Source: Pavona decussata (lineage: Eukaryota). Taken from it: a DNA stretch of 64,000 nucleotides. The position numbers and the translations under genes are program-made. Below, piece by piece: positions 13,201 to 24,931 of the stretch. A model generated the notes under the pieces. The model was not told the DNA's origin. It ran no database searches and worked only from the letters and a program-made list of their open reading frames with translations. The DNA is taken from positions 806,001-870,000 of the forward strand of contig CDRNST010000080.1 in the NCBI GenBank assembly GCA_977016875.1, read 5' to 3'. The stretch's first letter is position 1. Each line of letters begins with the position of its first letter.

Positions 13201-15543
13201 CATTTTGAAGCGGCAAATCGAAAGAATAACTTCTTAGAAGCACTCGACATTTAAAACGGTAGAAATTGGTGAGTTCATGGCGAAGGAATCGTGCTTTGTT
13301 TGACAGTCCTTGACCACGACGCGAGACTAAAAAGAGGTCATTGAGAAGCTTACGTTATCGTAATGGAATTCCACACATTTCCGGTGAAAGTCTGAGTCGC
13401 GTAACACAAGGAAAACAACGTAACGCGATCGTCGTGACTCAAACTATTCCATTAGCAAGGATAGTTTTATCAATCGGCGAAGCATACAGTTGGAAAAAAT
13501 GAATCAGCCCCAGCATCACGCGTAATGCCAGTAAAGCAGGCATCTTGTTGTTGCTGTTGTTGTTGTTTTTTGTTGTTTTTTTTTTTTTTCATTGTTTTGT
13601 TTTTTTACTTGCAAAGAAGAACAGGACGAGACCAATCACAATGTTCCTTTTCAGCGCAGACCAGTTCAGCTATATCATAAATGCCAATTGGAACAAGGCG
13701 GTTATCACGTCAGGGTTTGTTTGTTTGTTTGTTTTCCTAATAGCAGCCTCCGTCCATTATCCGTCGTTTAACCCTTAAGCCCTAACAGTGATCAACATCA
13801 AATTTCTCCTTAAATAAATAAATACACCGTTTATTTGCCACTTTGCAGGACTGGCAACGGAATTAAAGGGCTGTAAATTTACTATCAATAAATAATTAAA
13901 CTACAACTACTATAGGAACAATAAAAAATATCTTGAAATAACTATTCACATATTTACTAGCTAGCAAATGAAATAAAGAAACCTGAACGCTGGGTCCGGC
14001 AACAACTTCTATCAGCGTAAACATTATTTCTATTGTTGCCGCCGGGCCGCAGAATGTAACTATGACCGCTAGTTGCTGTTCTCGGCTTGAGGAGGTTAAT
14101 GGGGTGATCATTTTGAGACATCTTCTGAATATATTTATGGAAGAGCTGAGTTCCTTGTAATATCAATGCTTATTCAACCCTTGAGGTCATGAGAATTATT
14201 AAAGGATATGATCACCCAAGTGAATTTTCCCTTACTTTTATCATAAAAGAACTGCGGAGAAGTTATTAATATGTCAAACTAAGCTGAGCAAATGTGCATG
14301 ACGGTACATTTTTTTTTTCTGTCTCAACTTTAACGCTTTTTCTATCAATTTAGTTCCTGGATACTTTGGCTACATTACAGATATTGAACAAGTTGATTGG
14401 AATAACCGCCAAATAGTGCAAGTAACGAGAACACATATTCTCAAGTGAAGTTTTCTTCTCAAATGAACAGCACCGTGTGGGTAACCACAAGGGGTAATTT
14501 AGGCTCTGGTTTACAACAACAATTAGTAAACTCATCTACATACGGGTAACTGAGAGTTAAACTAACGTTTGTTGATAAAATGGTGTTAATTTTTGTGTTA
14601 ACAATGCAATAGAATTACAAACAACGTACTGCACATTAGCGGAGATTACCAAATAGTCAAAGCATTAAGAAGTTTTATTTTCAAATATCCAGCACAAGTG
14701 TCATTTTTGCGGCATCTCAGAAATTGCTATGTTGATAGGATAGTAGAAGTTTATAATTCCCCAATTCAATAAGGAAACCGCCTTCCGCCGATCCAAACAA
14801 CAGTTTTTCTGCTGCCGATCCAAATGAAGTTTAAGTGGAGCAGTAACCGTTGGCCGTGCAGTTCAGCAATCTTTTTTTTTCCGTTTCCGATAAGCATGGA
14901 AATATTGCAATAAACGAAAACTCGGTTTTCCTGTAATTTCCTTTAACGTGCACCCCAATTTGAACTGATTGAATTTTCAAACGCGGAAAACTAACCACAG
15001 CATTCTTGTGAATTATATAATCCTTGGATTAACTAGTATTAAGTGGGCATTAGGAGTGATTTGAACTTTTCTAAGTGAAATTTAGGGTCTTATACCATTG
15101 TTTCAAGTGTCCAAGAACGTTTCTGGTATTGATGTACCATTAAATTTCATTTTATCCGAACAAACCTGTAATTAATCGGCGCCAAAAGTTTGTGATGCTT
15201 ATTTCAGTCGAAGCTGTCTGCTAGGTATTTCCTTTAAATACGAGTTTTCCAGATTGCTCTAGTCCTCAAGATCCAGTAATACAGACTTAGATTGTAATGC
15301 TCTTAAGCTACTCATTTGAAGTTCCACAAACGCTAATACAACACATTTCGTCTGGGCATCAAGTGAAACGTGATTTCCTGCTTGACACAAATATACGATG
15401 AATCATGGGATTAGCTGCACATAAAGAGGGTTTGATAATTGCTCTTATTTTCTGAAACGAGGATTATTGCGAATTAAACCTATTTGTTTTGTAAATCTAT
15501 TTTTATACCACTGGCTAAAATTGGCGTACGACTTTCACTTTAA

Positions 15544-15932
15544 AGGGGCGGTGTCACCTATTTATGGTGTTACTTTGAGCGGCCAGAAAACATATTTGAA
15601 TCAACGGAAACGTTAAACGTTAACGTAATTATTCAGTTTTGTTAACAATAATCCTACTACTACACAGAAACTAGTTTTATTTATCTTTGGCCGCGGATGG
15701 CCAAGATTAAAATGGATTGCAAATTGAAAAAATTGGCCAATTTTTTCAAGTTCTCCAAGGTATTTTGAAAAAATCACTCAAAAGCTTATTATACTTTGTT
15801 CTCCCCAAGAGAAATCACTTAAATATTATCCTCTCGGCGCTCTAAAAGCAATTTGATGCTAGAGAAAGTTCCCTTGTCAATAATTGAGCAGTTTCGACCA
15901 AAACACACAAGCATCTCCGTGACAGAACCTCT
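15544..15932. mobile_element. TTAA-flanked MITE (Kolobok-like, 389 bp)
   Basis: TTAA at 15540-15543 and 15933-15936. Imperfect TIRs AGGGGCGGTGTCAC / GTGACAGAACCTCT. The element is absent at the equivalent position in arm A (~9050). Confidence 0.85.
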
Positions 15933-16110
15933 TTAAAACTTCAAGCTGAACATACGTTAACCACGGCACTTTAATATACCTTGAATTACTAAAGGGACTA
16001 TTATACGACGAAGTATTAAAATGGTCATTATAGCCAATATTTTTCCTTCTAACAAAAAGGCGAAAATTTCATGTGAATTGATTGAGGATTCTAAACTTTA
16101 TTTAAAATAC

Positions 16111-16403
16111 GTAAAGTAAAAAGTAATTTATTTATTGTCAATAACACGGGGAGTGCCCGCGCAATCTCCTGAGCCAGAAGCCCATGATAAAGCCGGCTTG
16201 ACAATAATCCAGATCAAATTGGAATTTGGAAATATTGGTTTTTGAGGAGAGGGAAAAACCGAAGTACCCGGAGAAGAACCTCTCGGAGCAAGGACGAGAA
16301 CCAACAACAAACTCAACCCTCATATGACGCGGAGTCTGTGAATCGAACCCGGGCCACACTGTTGGGAAGCGAATGTTCTCCCTACTGCGCCATCCCTGCT
16401 CCC
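16111..16403 (-). mobile_element. tRNA-derived SINE (copy duplicated with the inverted arm)
   Basis: Reverse complement of 8587-8880 with the same flanks; A and B boxes present. Confidence 0.85.
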
Positions 16404-18198
16404 TTAACACATTCTGTAATTAAGAAGTGATAACGACCTAAAATGGCGTCCATTATCTCTGCAAGAGACAATGGAATTTAATCATCTATTTTGGGTAAAT
16501 TCATGATGGCAATTTTACGTCACTCTTTTTATGAACCAAAACAATCCCAAACGAAACCTGGATTAATATTAAGTGCTACTTAAATACCTTAGAAGGGTTG
16601 AAACAAAAGAATTGAAAGCGATTCATTTTTTTGACGCACAAGCTCAAAATTTTGCTTTGCGTTTTTCTTTGAAGGAGGATTACTTAAGTTGCACCCCCTG
16701 CCCTCTCAGCCAAATATTGTTTTCTGCGGTGATGCCGTGGCTACTTAAAGTATGTATCGTTTGTCGACTTTGTCATGTGGGAAAAAAGTATCGGTGGTTG
16801 CTATGATACCCGAAATGAAACAAATATGGGGGCGATCTGAGTTAATCAGATACCATCCAATCAACATTCAGTATTTTTGCTCATTTACACCCCGACTAAG
16901 ATAATTTACTTTGCTTGATTTTGCGTTTTTTCTTGACTGACAAGATTTAACCCTTAACTAAAACCTCCCTTTTCGATTTTTCAAATCTTTAGGCGGCGGA
17001 GGGAATTAATCATGAATGCTATTATGCATTGAAAACAAAACTCTTTATTAATTCAGAACACAGTTTAATTTGACGGTGCCAAGGTCTTCACCTCTACGCG
17101 TATACGTTAAATGCATGTCAAGGGTTGAAGCCAACATTCTCTAACAGTTTTATGCGCTCCTGCCGAGGCTTAACTACAATAACTGCTGCCGTTCCAGGGT
17201 TTTCTCAACGCTAACTAACAGCTGCACCGAGCCCTGAGCTCCATGCGTTGTTCATAAAAACGCGGGAAAAAATAACTAACAACAAATAGGAATCAAATAG
17301 TCACTCACGCGAACCGGAAACAGGGCGCCTATAGTGAGTGATTAACAGATTTCGTTCGATTTACACAGCTATTGTGCCGCTAAAATGCATTTAACAACAA
17401 AAGAATTATTTGCATTCAGTTAACACTTCATGTCTGACTGTTAACAAACTTGAGCATAATCAATACGCGTGAAATTTTACTTACACTGAATCACATTGTT
17501 CAAGAAACTTTGACTCTTAAATTCTCGTTGCGGAAAATTGAATGTTTTCCTATCAGGTACTTGTTGCTTAGATTTTTCAAATTCCCTAAACAATAGCATA
17601 TTGTTGTCAGGGAATGCAACCGAGAAAATTTATGATTACTGGGAAACTTTCGGTTTGACAAATTAGCTTCACAAATTATCAGGGAAGGGTTGATTATTTT
17701 CTTTTCAAGTTTCCGCGTAACCGGACTTCATGTAACCTCACAGCGGGTATGTAACTTAAACACACGTGGTTACTACCACACTATAAATTTATTTTACAAA
17801 CGGCACTATTCCGATAGCTGACAATACAATAATGTTAACTCCATAATAACTTAATTTACATACGATTTTAGATTGTCAACCTTCTAATGTACAGCTTCAA
17901 GTGCTTTGTTACACACTAGAATTTCAGTTAAAATTGCTTCTTTGGAACGATAGCGCGATTATAATTTCTCGTTACCACATGTAGACTACATGTGATCTGA
18001 ATTATTTCTTTACAACTAATGAGTGTTGCATGCTCCGATAGCATGCCAAACTTGTGCTGATTTTCACAACTAAAAACCCGCTTATCTCTCCTTCATAACT
18101 CCTACTTCGTTTTGCAAACTCAACAACCAAACAGCCGATAATTACAGTAGCAGCATCTGAATGCTCTGAATGCATCTGAATGCTCTGAATCTAACCTA

Positions 18199-19803
18199 TC
18201 AAATCAGACTAGCTCGCCTTGGAAAAGTATTATGAAAGTCTTTAACCAAGGGAACGTACGAAAAGCTAGCGCTTAAATCGACCGAATGGTCAACAACGTC
18301 AAATTCATAAGGTTCGTCCATATCGTTGCTAAAGGCCCTTTGAAGTTTAATCTTCCTTATCCCTGCTTGAATCTTCGTAAATGTCCGCATAATGTCTTTG
18401 TCCTGTGCTCGCAGTTCAGCAAGTTCTTTTCTTATCCACTCAAAAGCTTTCTCGATTTGCTGAATTCGTTCTTTCTCTGTTTTATGAGAAGCGTTCGCTA
18501 TGTTCTCCAAGAGAGCCTTGGCGGTTGGTCGGCTTGATTTCCGCCGCCTGGTAATGGAATTATTCAGTTCTGAAAAGCGCCGAAGTGGCTGAGAGTCCAA
18601 ACTTTCCTTTGTACCGACTTCTGGTAATGTATAAAGCTTGTTAAAGCTCCCCTCTTCGATCTCGGCTCTGTCCAGTTCGAGAGAAACTTTCTTCAACTTT
18701 TTGAACTGTTCTTCAAGTTCTTTTCGTTGTTCTTTCGTGATTCCATTGCTCATTTTCACCGCTGGCTGATTAACGTAGTTGTCTTTCGTCCGCGGGGACG
18801 GTTGGCTGACTACAGCGTAAGTGCAACCGAGTGAAAAAGTATTCTGTAATGTTTTTGACCTGTCATTGTTTGTTCTCATTTCAGATGCATCTTTGACAAC
18901 CGTACTGTTCAGCCCCCAAGAAGGCTCCATTGGGCTCTCAACCGTGTCCATGAAAGTAACCTCGGGCTTGCGCATCTGAAAATTTGGCGAGGCTGGCATG
19001 CTCATCGGTTGCGGCGGGATCTCCACTCGTACCGCCTCTATAATTAGATTGTTTACAGATTTCCCACTGGCCATGTCAGCTGTCTTGGCTGATTTACCTT
19101 CAAATTCCTCGCTCACAGGTTGCACCACTATCGGAGGGCGTTCATTTTCTCGGATATCTTCGGAAACTTTTCGTAGCCGCTGCGAACGCTTAATGAAAAT
19201 TTCCGAAGTTGTTTCCACCGCTTGTTTGCCACTGCTTTTGTTTTTTTGTTCAACATTTAACGGCTTGATTTCAGCTTCATTTGTTCCCTCCATCTTGTTT
19301 TGATCAGCAGTTGGTAGGCTGTTTTGTTTATTTGGAATTTGAAGTGTTACCCTGAACTGTTGTCCTAACTTTCTTCGTCTCTTTTCCAATTGAGGCGAGG
19401 ATCCTTGCGTGCTCCGTTCCACCGTGTTATTGTTGAAATCCAGGGTCTGCATTGCATTTTGTTCCTTGATAACCTCCATAGCGCTCACTCCGATTGTCCA
19501 GCAACGAGGCCTGAAAACGTTCTCCTGTAGGACATGAAAGCTGTTTTTCCTGGCCGGCTGTCGTCTCTGATCTTTTCCGTCGGACGTGAAGTTTGGTGCT
19601 GATGTGAGAGACATACTTCGCATGCGTCTCGTGGACCTGGTTCCTTCGCCCCGCGCACGTTTCCACTTACTGTACAATGTCTCCGAGTTGAGATTTTCAA
19701 GAGACCTTGAAAACGTCCGCAGTTTTTCGATGTTTAGTTCTTCACTGCGAGAATTTTCTTTCTTGGCATCTCCTGTTGGTAAATCTGACATTTCTTGAAC
19801 CAT
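18199..19803 (-). CDS. FAM167: FAM167-family protein, paralogue 2 (~534 aa, single coding exon)
   Basis: C-terminal IQQIEKAFEWIRKELAELRAQDKDIMRTFTKIQAGIRKIKLQ and terminal PRRASLI match the FAM167 pattern. First in-frame ATG at 19803; the ORF-track start at 19911 is GTG and lies upstream of a likely acceptor (exon edge 19874). Probable 5'UTR exon donor at 20738. Confidence 0.85.
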   Translation of the reverse strand: MVQEMSDLPTGDAKKENSRSEELNIEKLRTFSRSLENLNSETLYSKWKRARGEGTRSTRRMRSMSLTSAPNFTSDGKDQRRQPARKNSFHVLQENVFRPRCWTIGVSAMEVIKEQNAMQTLDFNNNTVERSTQGSSPQLEKRRRKLGQQFRVTLQIPNKQNSLPTADQNKMEGTNEAEIKPLNVEQKNKSSGKQAVETTSEIFIKRSQRLRKVSEDIRENERPPIVVQPVSEEFEGKSAKTADMASGKSVNNLIIEAVRVEIPPQPMSMPASPNFQMRKPEVTFMDTVESPMEPSWGLNSTVVKDASEMRTNNDRSKTLQNTFSLGCTYAVVSQPSPRTKDNYVNQPAVKMSNGITKEQRKELEEQFKKLKKVSLELDRAEIEEGSFNKLYTLPEVGTKESLDSQPLRRFSELNNSITRRRKSSRPTAKALLENIANASHKTEKERIQQIEKAFEWIRKELAELRAQDKDIMRTFTKIQAGIRKIKLQRAFSNDMDEPYEFDVVDHSVDLSASFSYVPLVKDFHNTFPRRASLI

Positions 19804-22800
19804 TAGAGCCACCTTGCAAAGCGCGCAAATTTGTCCAAGTTCAGCCCAAGGCTTCGTCTTCAGACTTTCATAAGCTGATATTAAACAAATAAACGGTAAC
19901 AAGTCACACAAACCGAATAAAACTTTTTCACCAACAGGTTGGAGGGTACCTTAAACACTCTTTAATTTCCCGCGCTGAAATTTTTAGTTAACTCTTACTT
20001 GACAAATCAACTTAAGTTTCAAACTAAGACCAAGACTTATACGTTTTAGAAATAAATCCGATGTGTTCGAAAAACTTGCCGTAATGTTCCTTTCAGGGTA
20101 GAAAGAGTTAAAATCCTTTAGTCCGAAAAAATTCAGCTCAAGGGTATCGTTTAACACTCGCGCGGAATCAGCTAATGTCAACGTTTACAAGCTTAATGTG
20201 TGAAAGAGAACAAAAGCCTTTTAGTTTCAGAGGTGAAAATATTGTTTGCTTCCGTTTGGGGGCAGGTTAAGCTTTTAGTTATGGTTGCTTGCTTTGTGTT
20301 TCTGCAAATCTGACTTCTCACATTAAGTAAAGTACGTAGCTCAACGCAAAATGCAGTGATAAAAAATCCCTTAACGCCTTGTTCGAACATGCGAACTGCA
20401 CTTATCGCGAAACACAGTGTTTTAAAATAATAGTGTGATTCGAGGTACCTGGACAAACTTTTGATGTTTTCACTAGAAGGTATAGCTTACTGTTCTATTG
20501 CAGCTTAAAATAGTTCCCATAATTCGCATTGACAAATCAGTGAAGCAGCCTGTCGGGATGTTCAGGTTATTTCAAAACAACTGCATGTACCCAACATTTT
20601 GCAGGTTATGCCGGAATTTCAACGAACAGTTTACTGCAACCGGCTTTTTGAAAATAATATACCATAAACGCTGTCTACTTCTTAGCAATTCAGTGTCGGT
20701 GATGTCTTGAGATCAAACGAAAAATTCTTCTCCCTTACCTCGATTAGCTGGCAATGTCCCTTCACGATGTTTTGTTTTTCACGATTTGAAGCAACTAACA
20801 ATTTTGAATACCAGCACAAGGCTTTTGTTGTGTTTATGGAATGTACTTAGCATTCCTTGATCTATGACAGGACATTAAGACAATACCTCATTTCCATCGT
20901 TAATCTCTTAAAACAGGTTCCCAAGAACGGGACTATAGCTTCTTTTCATGAACATTTGATATCACATCATGTGAACCACAATGATGAATAAGACGTCTAT
21001 TGTACGCATCTTGGACAGCATAACATTACAATGTCGTTATTAATTGTCATGGAAATGTTGCATTGCTTGAGGAGTAAAACAAATTAGTAAGTTATCCGTG
21101 CATTTGATTGTACTTTGACGAACTTACTTCCCAAGGCAGGCACGTACAAACTATACTACGTGACAAACGTTTCTATGCCGGACAAACCAGTAAATCGGCG
21201 TCAATTCCTGACCAAATCCCCATTCAATATGAAATTGCTCTTTTCTCATGCAAAGAAAAAAAGTTATGTTAATTTATACTCCGTGTAAAAATCTCAAGAG
21301 GCCAGAAATAATTTAATTTTAGTTGTTTGTGAAGTTTTGGTCACCTGAAGTAAACAATTTTTCGAAAAGTTAATAACCTTTTGTCTCCCAGTACAAAAAT
21401 CGTCGGTTTTAGGCCTCAAGAAATACTCAAATAAACTTTCTCTGACATCGTGCATGAATTTGTTCACGTGAACACTTCGAATTGCGTGCAAGAGATATCT
21501 GCAAAACTGTGTTAGCACACGAAAAAGAAAGGCCAGTTATCAGATTTGTCTCACAAAACGTCAGATGTCACATGAATCGCTGTTTTCGCTGAGTACAAAT
21601 CATGATCTGTCAGTTTTAAGAGCACATACTCAGTCTGCAATTAACTTGAGGTCGTTATACCTAACGCAGGCAATTACTAAGGAATTAGGAGGAGCAGTGG
21701 CGAGTTCAATAACAAAACTCCGCCTTTGACCCAACATCTTTTGTCTTTTTTTGTTGTTTATTTCCGTTAAATCCAACAAAAAAATTCCAGTAAAGACATG
21801 AAATCACGTTCGCACCACAGATTAAAGTCTATTATAGGTTTTGAGTTACTCTGAAGATATCGCAAGTTCTTTCAATACGAACATCTGTGAAATGTTAATA
21901 TGCACCATGACGGAGCCTTTGTTTTATAACCACCAAGCATTATTAATACCACTTTGTCAGGAAACAATCGATGTAAAACAGTTTAGCATAACATGTCGAC
22001 GCGTGTTTAATGAGTCAACCATGGACCAATTTCTAGTTGCACTTCTTTTCATTCTTCTACATGAAAACTTTTAAAGCGATTCTGCAAGAAATGACTGGTC
22101 TGCGCTTACCACAGAAAACATAATACTGAAGGACTTCAATTTTGTTTTCTTGAAGAGAGACTCGATCAATGATTCTATAATCCACCGCATAATCGAGTTC
22201 AGTTATGTCATACTTGGATTATATAACTTTTATTTAGTAGATATTCACAGTGTATGCGTTACTTAATCAGTGATAAAACAAGATCCATTTTGCTATCAAA
22301 TTGACCTGCATGATTTGGAGTGCATTACAAATTACATAATCGAGAACTGAAATCATTGTTCAGATACAGAAGTTCTGGTCTACTGCAAGTCTGATGTGCA
22401 TGGGATAAAAAATGTTTTTGTCGCCTTTCTTAGTGCCATCTAGTCACGTAATAATGCATGCTATAAACGGTGAACCGCACATTAATGACAACAGGCCATA
22501 AAGGAGTCGTGAGTTTTATAAATTGGGGTAGGTTTCTAAAGAGAGCTGATATACCTAAGGAAATAGAACGCGAGAATTCAGGTTATAAGTTTGACGGTTC
22601 ATTTAGAAACACTAAAAAAATGAGGGGCTCAATACGTTTCGCTTTAACAAAGTTTGAGCATGCACGTAGAAGTACAACAGCAGAACATTTAAAACAATAT
22701 TAGTAATGCTTTCAGTGCTTCTCTGTTTTACCCTGTAGGCAGGACAATATACGGTGTACTTTGCTAGAATTTTGTCAAGATTGAAAGCTTTATTTCCTCT

Positions 22801-22893
22801 CTACGAGAAAGAGAGCCGGAGTTGAAAACTGAACCTGTCCAGCCCCGTCCTTAGTCGCCCAAGGCGCGCGTGAATCTGACGTCACCTATTGAG

Positions 22894-23027
22894 CAGGCCC
22901 CACTTGTTCAAAGAGCGGATAACTCTATCAAGCGGGTAATTTTCTATCCGGCGGATAAACTATTGTTTGGAGTTCAGCGATTTATCCACTGGATAGAGTT
23001 ATCCGCACGCTCTTTTGACGGGGCCTG
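22894..23027. mobile_element. Short MITE
   Basis: CAGGCCCC...GGGGCCTG ends with internal inverted GCGGATAACTCTATC / GATAGAGTTATCCGC. Confidence 0.7.
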
Positions 23028-23200
23028 AACGGGAAGATGCGAGCGCAAGCGAGTTCAGTCCCAAGCCTCCGAGGCATGCTCGATCAGCATATTGAGGCTT
23101 GATAACGAGGCTGTAGCACGTCGTTTGTCTGGAGGAATTCTCCTTCACGTAGCAATTACCAGGGAACCGAATTATATACCGGACGACGCGAGGTAACTAA

Positions 23201-23377
23201 TCCTCGGAGACCCAAGGGGCGGATAGTCAGGAAAGGACGAAGATTTCATGGGCGAAATCAGACTTGTGGCAGTTTACACGGCGTACGTTCGTCCGTCTTG
23301 TAAACTTTTGCTTGTCTTTGCCCGGCCCGACTATCTGTTCCTGGGTCCCTGGGGATGTAGGTGCATGGCAAGGAGCC
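23201..23377. mobile_element. Short MITE
   Basis: Imperfect inverted ends TCCTCGGAGACCCAAGGGGCGGATAGTC / GACTATCTGTTCCTGGGTCCCTGGGGA. Confidence 0.6.
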
Positions 23378-24931
23378 CGGGACTAAATGGTGACTCACAA
23401 AGGATTCGTTTTCTTTTTACTTCATTTGACAACATCATCACTAACCCGATATGCAATTCTTACCTTTTTTGCTTTTATTTAACCTTAATTTAGATGTCAT
23501 GCCCTGCGTTCGCGATCACGAATCCGCCTTGTAAGGAATCCCTGCATTTCGATAGGTGAGTGAAATGGAAGACATCGTTGCGATAAGTTACCAAAAACTA
23601 ATCTGATAAAACTGCGTTCAGCACTATAAAAAGACCTGTAGAAATCTCTCAACAAAGAGCTCTTGAGAAATGTAAGGTCTTTTTTTTCTTCTTTTGTCCA
23701 TGTTTTGTTCACAAAACGCGTCATCTTAAATGATGTATTGTTTGTAATTACGAGGCAATATCAAAGATTCAAACTGACTTTATATTTACAGGTACAGGCA
23801 TACTGATTCCTCACACAAGTCCATCAGCAATAAATAAAAATAAATTAACATTTTATATTAACTTATACTATAAATCCACAAGCGTTCTATCACGAATGCT
23901 GTTCTCTTACTGGGTACGCTACTCACTATCTATTCTGTTGTAGATAGTGAGTATGAGTGAGTAGTCTAACAGTGTGCGGTTGTCAACAAAATGGAGGCCG
24001 CTTCTCCACGGTTTGGAAGTGTCTGTTAAGAGGATTTGGATAATTTACTAGCAGTCGAGGCATTTCAGAAAAAAAACATGCCGTGACATCCCAAGTTTAT
24101 CAGCAGTCAAACACCCATCTTCCACAATCGTTTAGTTTGCATGGTTGCACGGTCTCCATTGTAAACAACAACTTTTTTCGTTAAACCATGTTCAACTTTT
24201 CATAAATTTCTACTATTGATGTTTTTTGTATTAAAAAAATTTGGCTTCCAAAGGGCAATTTATGTCAGCATACCTTGATTGTCATTCAGTTTCGAGTGAA
24301 TGACGGTTTCAATATTGATCTTGAATGGAATGCAAAGGCGTGCACGCAGAAGCCAATGGAATGTGGTGCAGGCTTTGCTTGTGCTTTGTGACGAAGATAT
24401 GTTACAAATACCTTCAAACCACTTTCGGAGCCATTTCGAGTGAGCCTTTTGCTCACAAAGATGAAATTCCTTTCCCACAAACCGTGAAAGAAAACCGTGC
24501 AAAAAAAGAGGCAAATAGATGTCTGGTTCGATTTTTCCTCAAATTCCCACCTCACGAGCACTGATGCACAATCAAATACCCGACCCTAAAAACTTTTAGC
24601 TTCAAAATTTATCGAGTAAAAATAAAGGCTATATCTATCTAGGGTGTGAATAACGAAACTTCGAATGGATCGGTCGATTAAGCCAAATCTGTTGGTGCTC
24701 TGGTTAACCCGTTCTCTCATTTCCTCAACGCCACTCGTCGACTTACGTATAACGTAGACTTAAAAGCCAACTCTAAATCTTAAGGCTCAAGATTATTTCC
24801 TCTAAAGGCTTTCATAAGCGCTATAATATAGCGCTTGTTCTCATTGACGTTTATGCCTTACTATCGAGTTTTCATTTTCAGCAACTGTTGTTTGCTAGAT
24901 GCCGGCCTTACAGTCCAATAACACACTTCAT

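Larger units (their letters stand above)
14533..16720 (-). repeat. Arm B of the inverted duplication (partner 7975-10068)
   Basis: Reverse-complement match to arm A. Carries an extra 389-bp MITE and the second SINE copy. Confidence 0.95.

Noticed and set aside
18153-18190. 19-bp tandem duplication just after the FAM167-2 stop codon
   Set aside because: Simple slippage duplication with no evidence of function.
22877-22884. Full CRE palindrome TGACGTCA (also at 13090)
   Set aside because: An 8-mer is expected about once per window of this size, and neither copy is next to a defined TSS.
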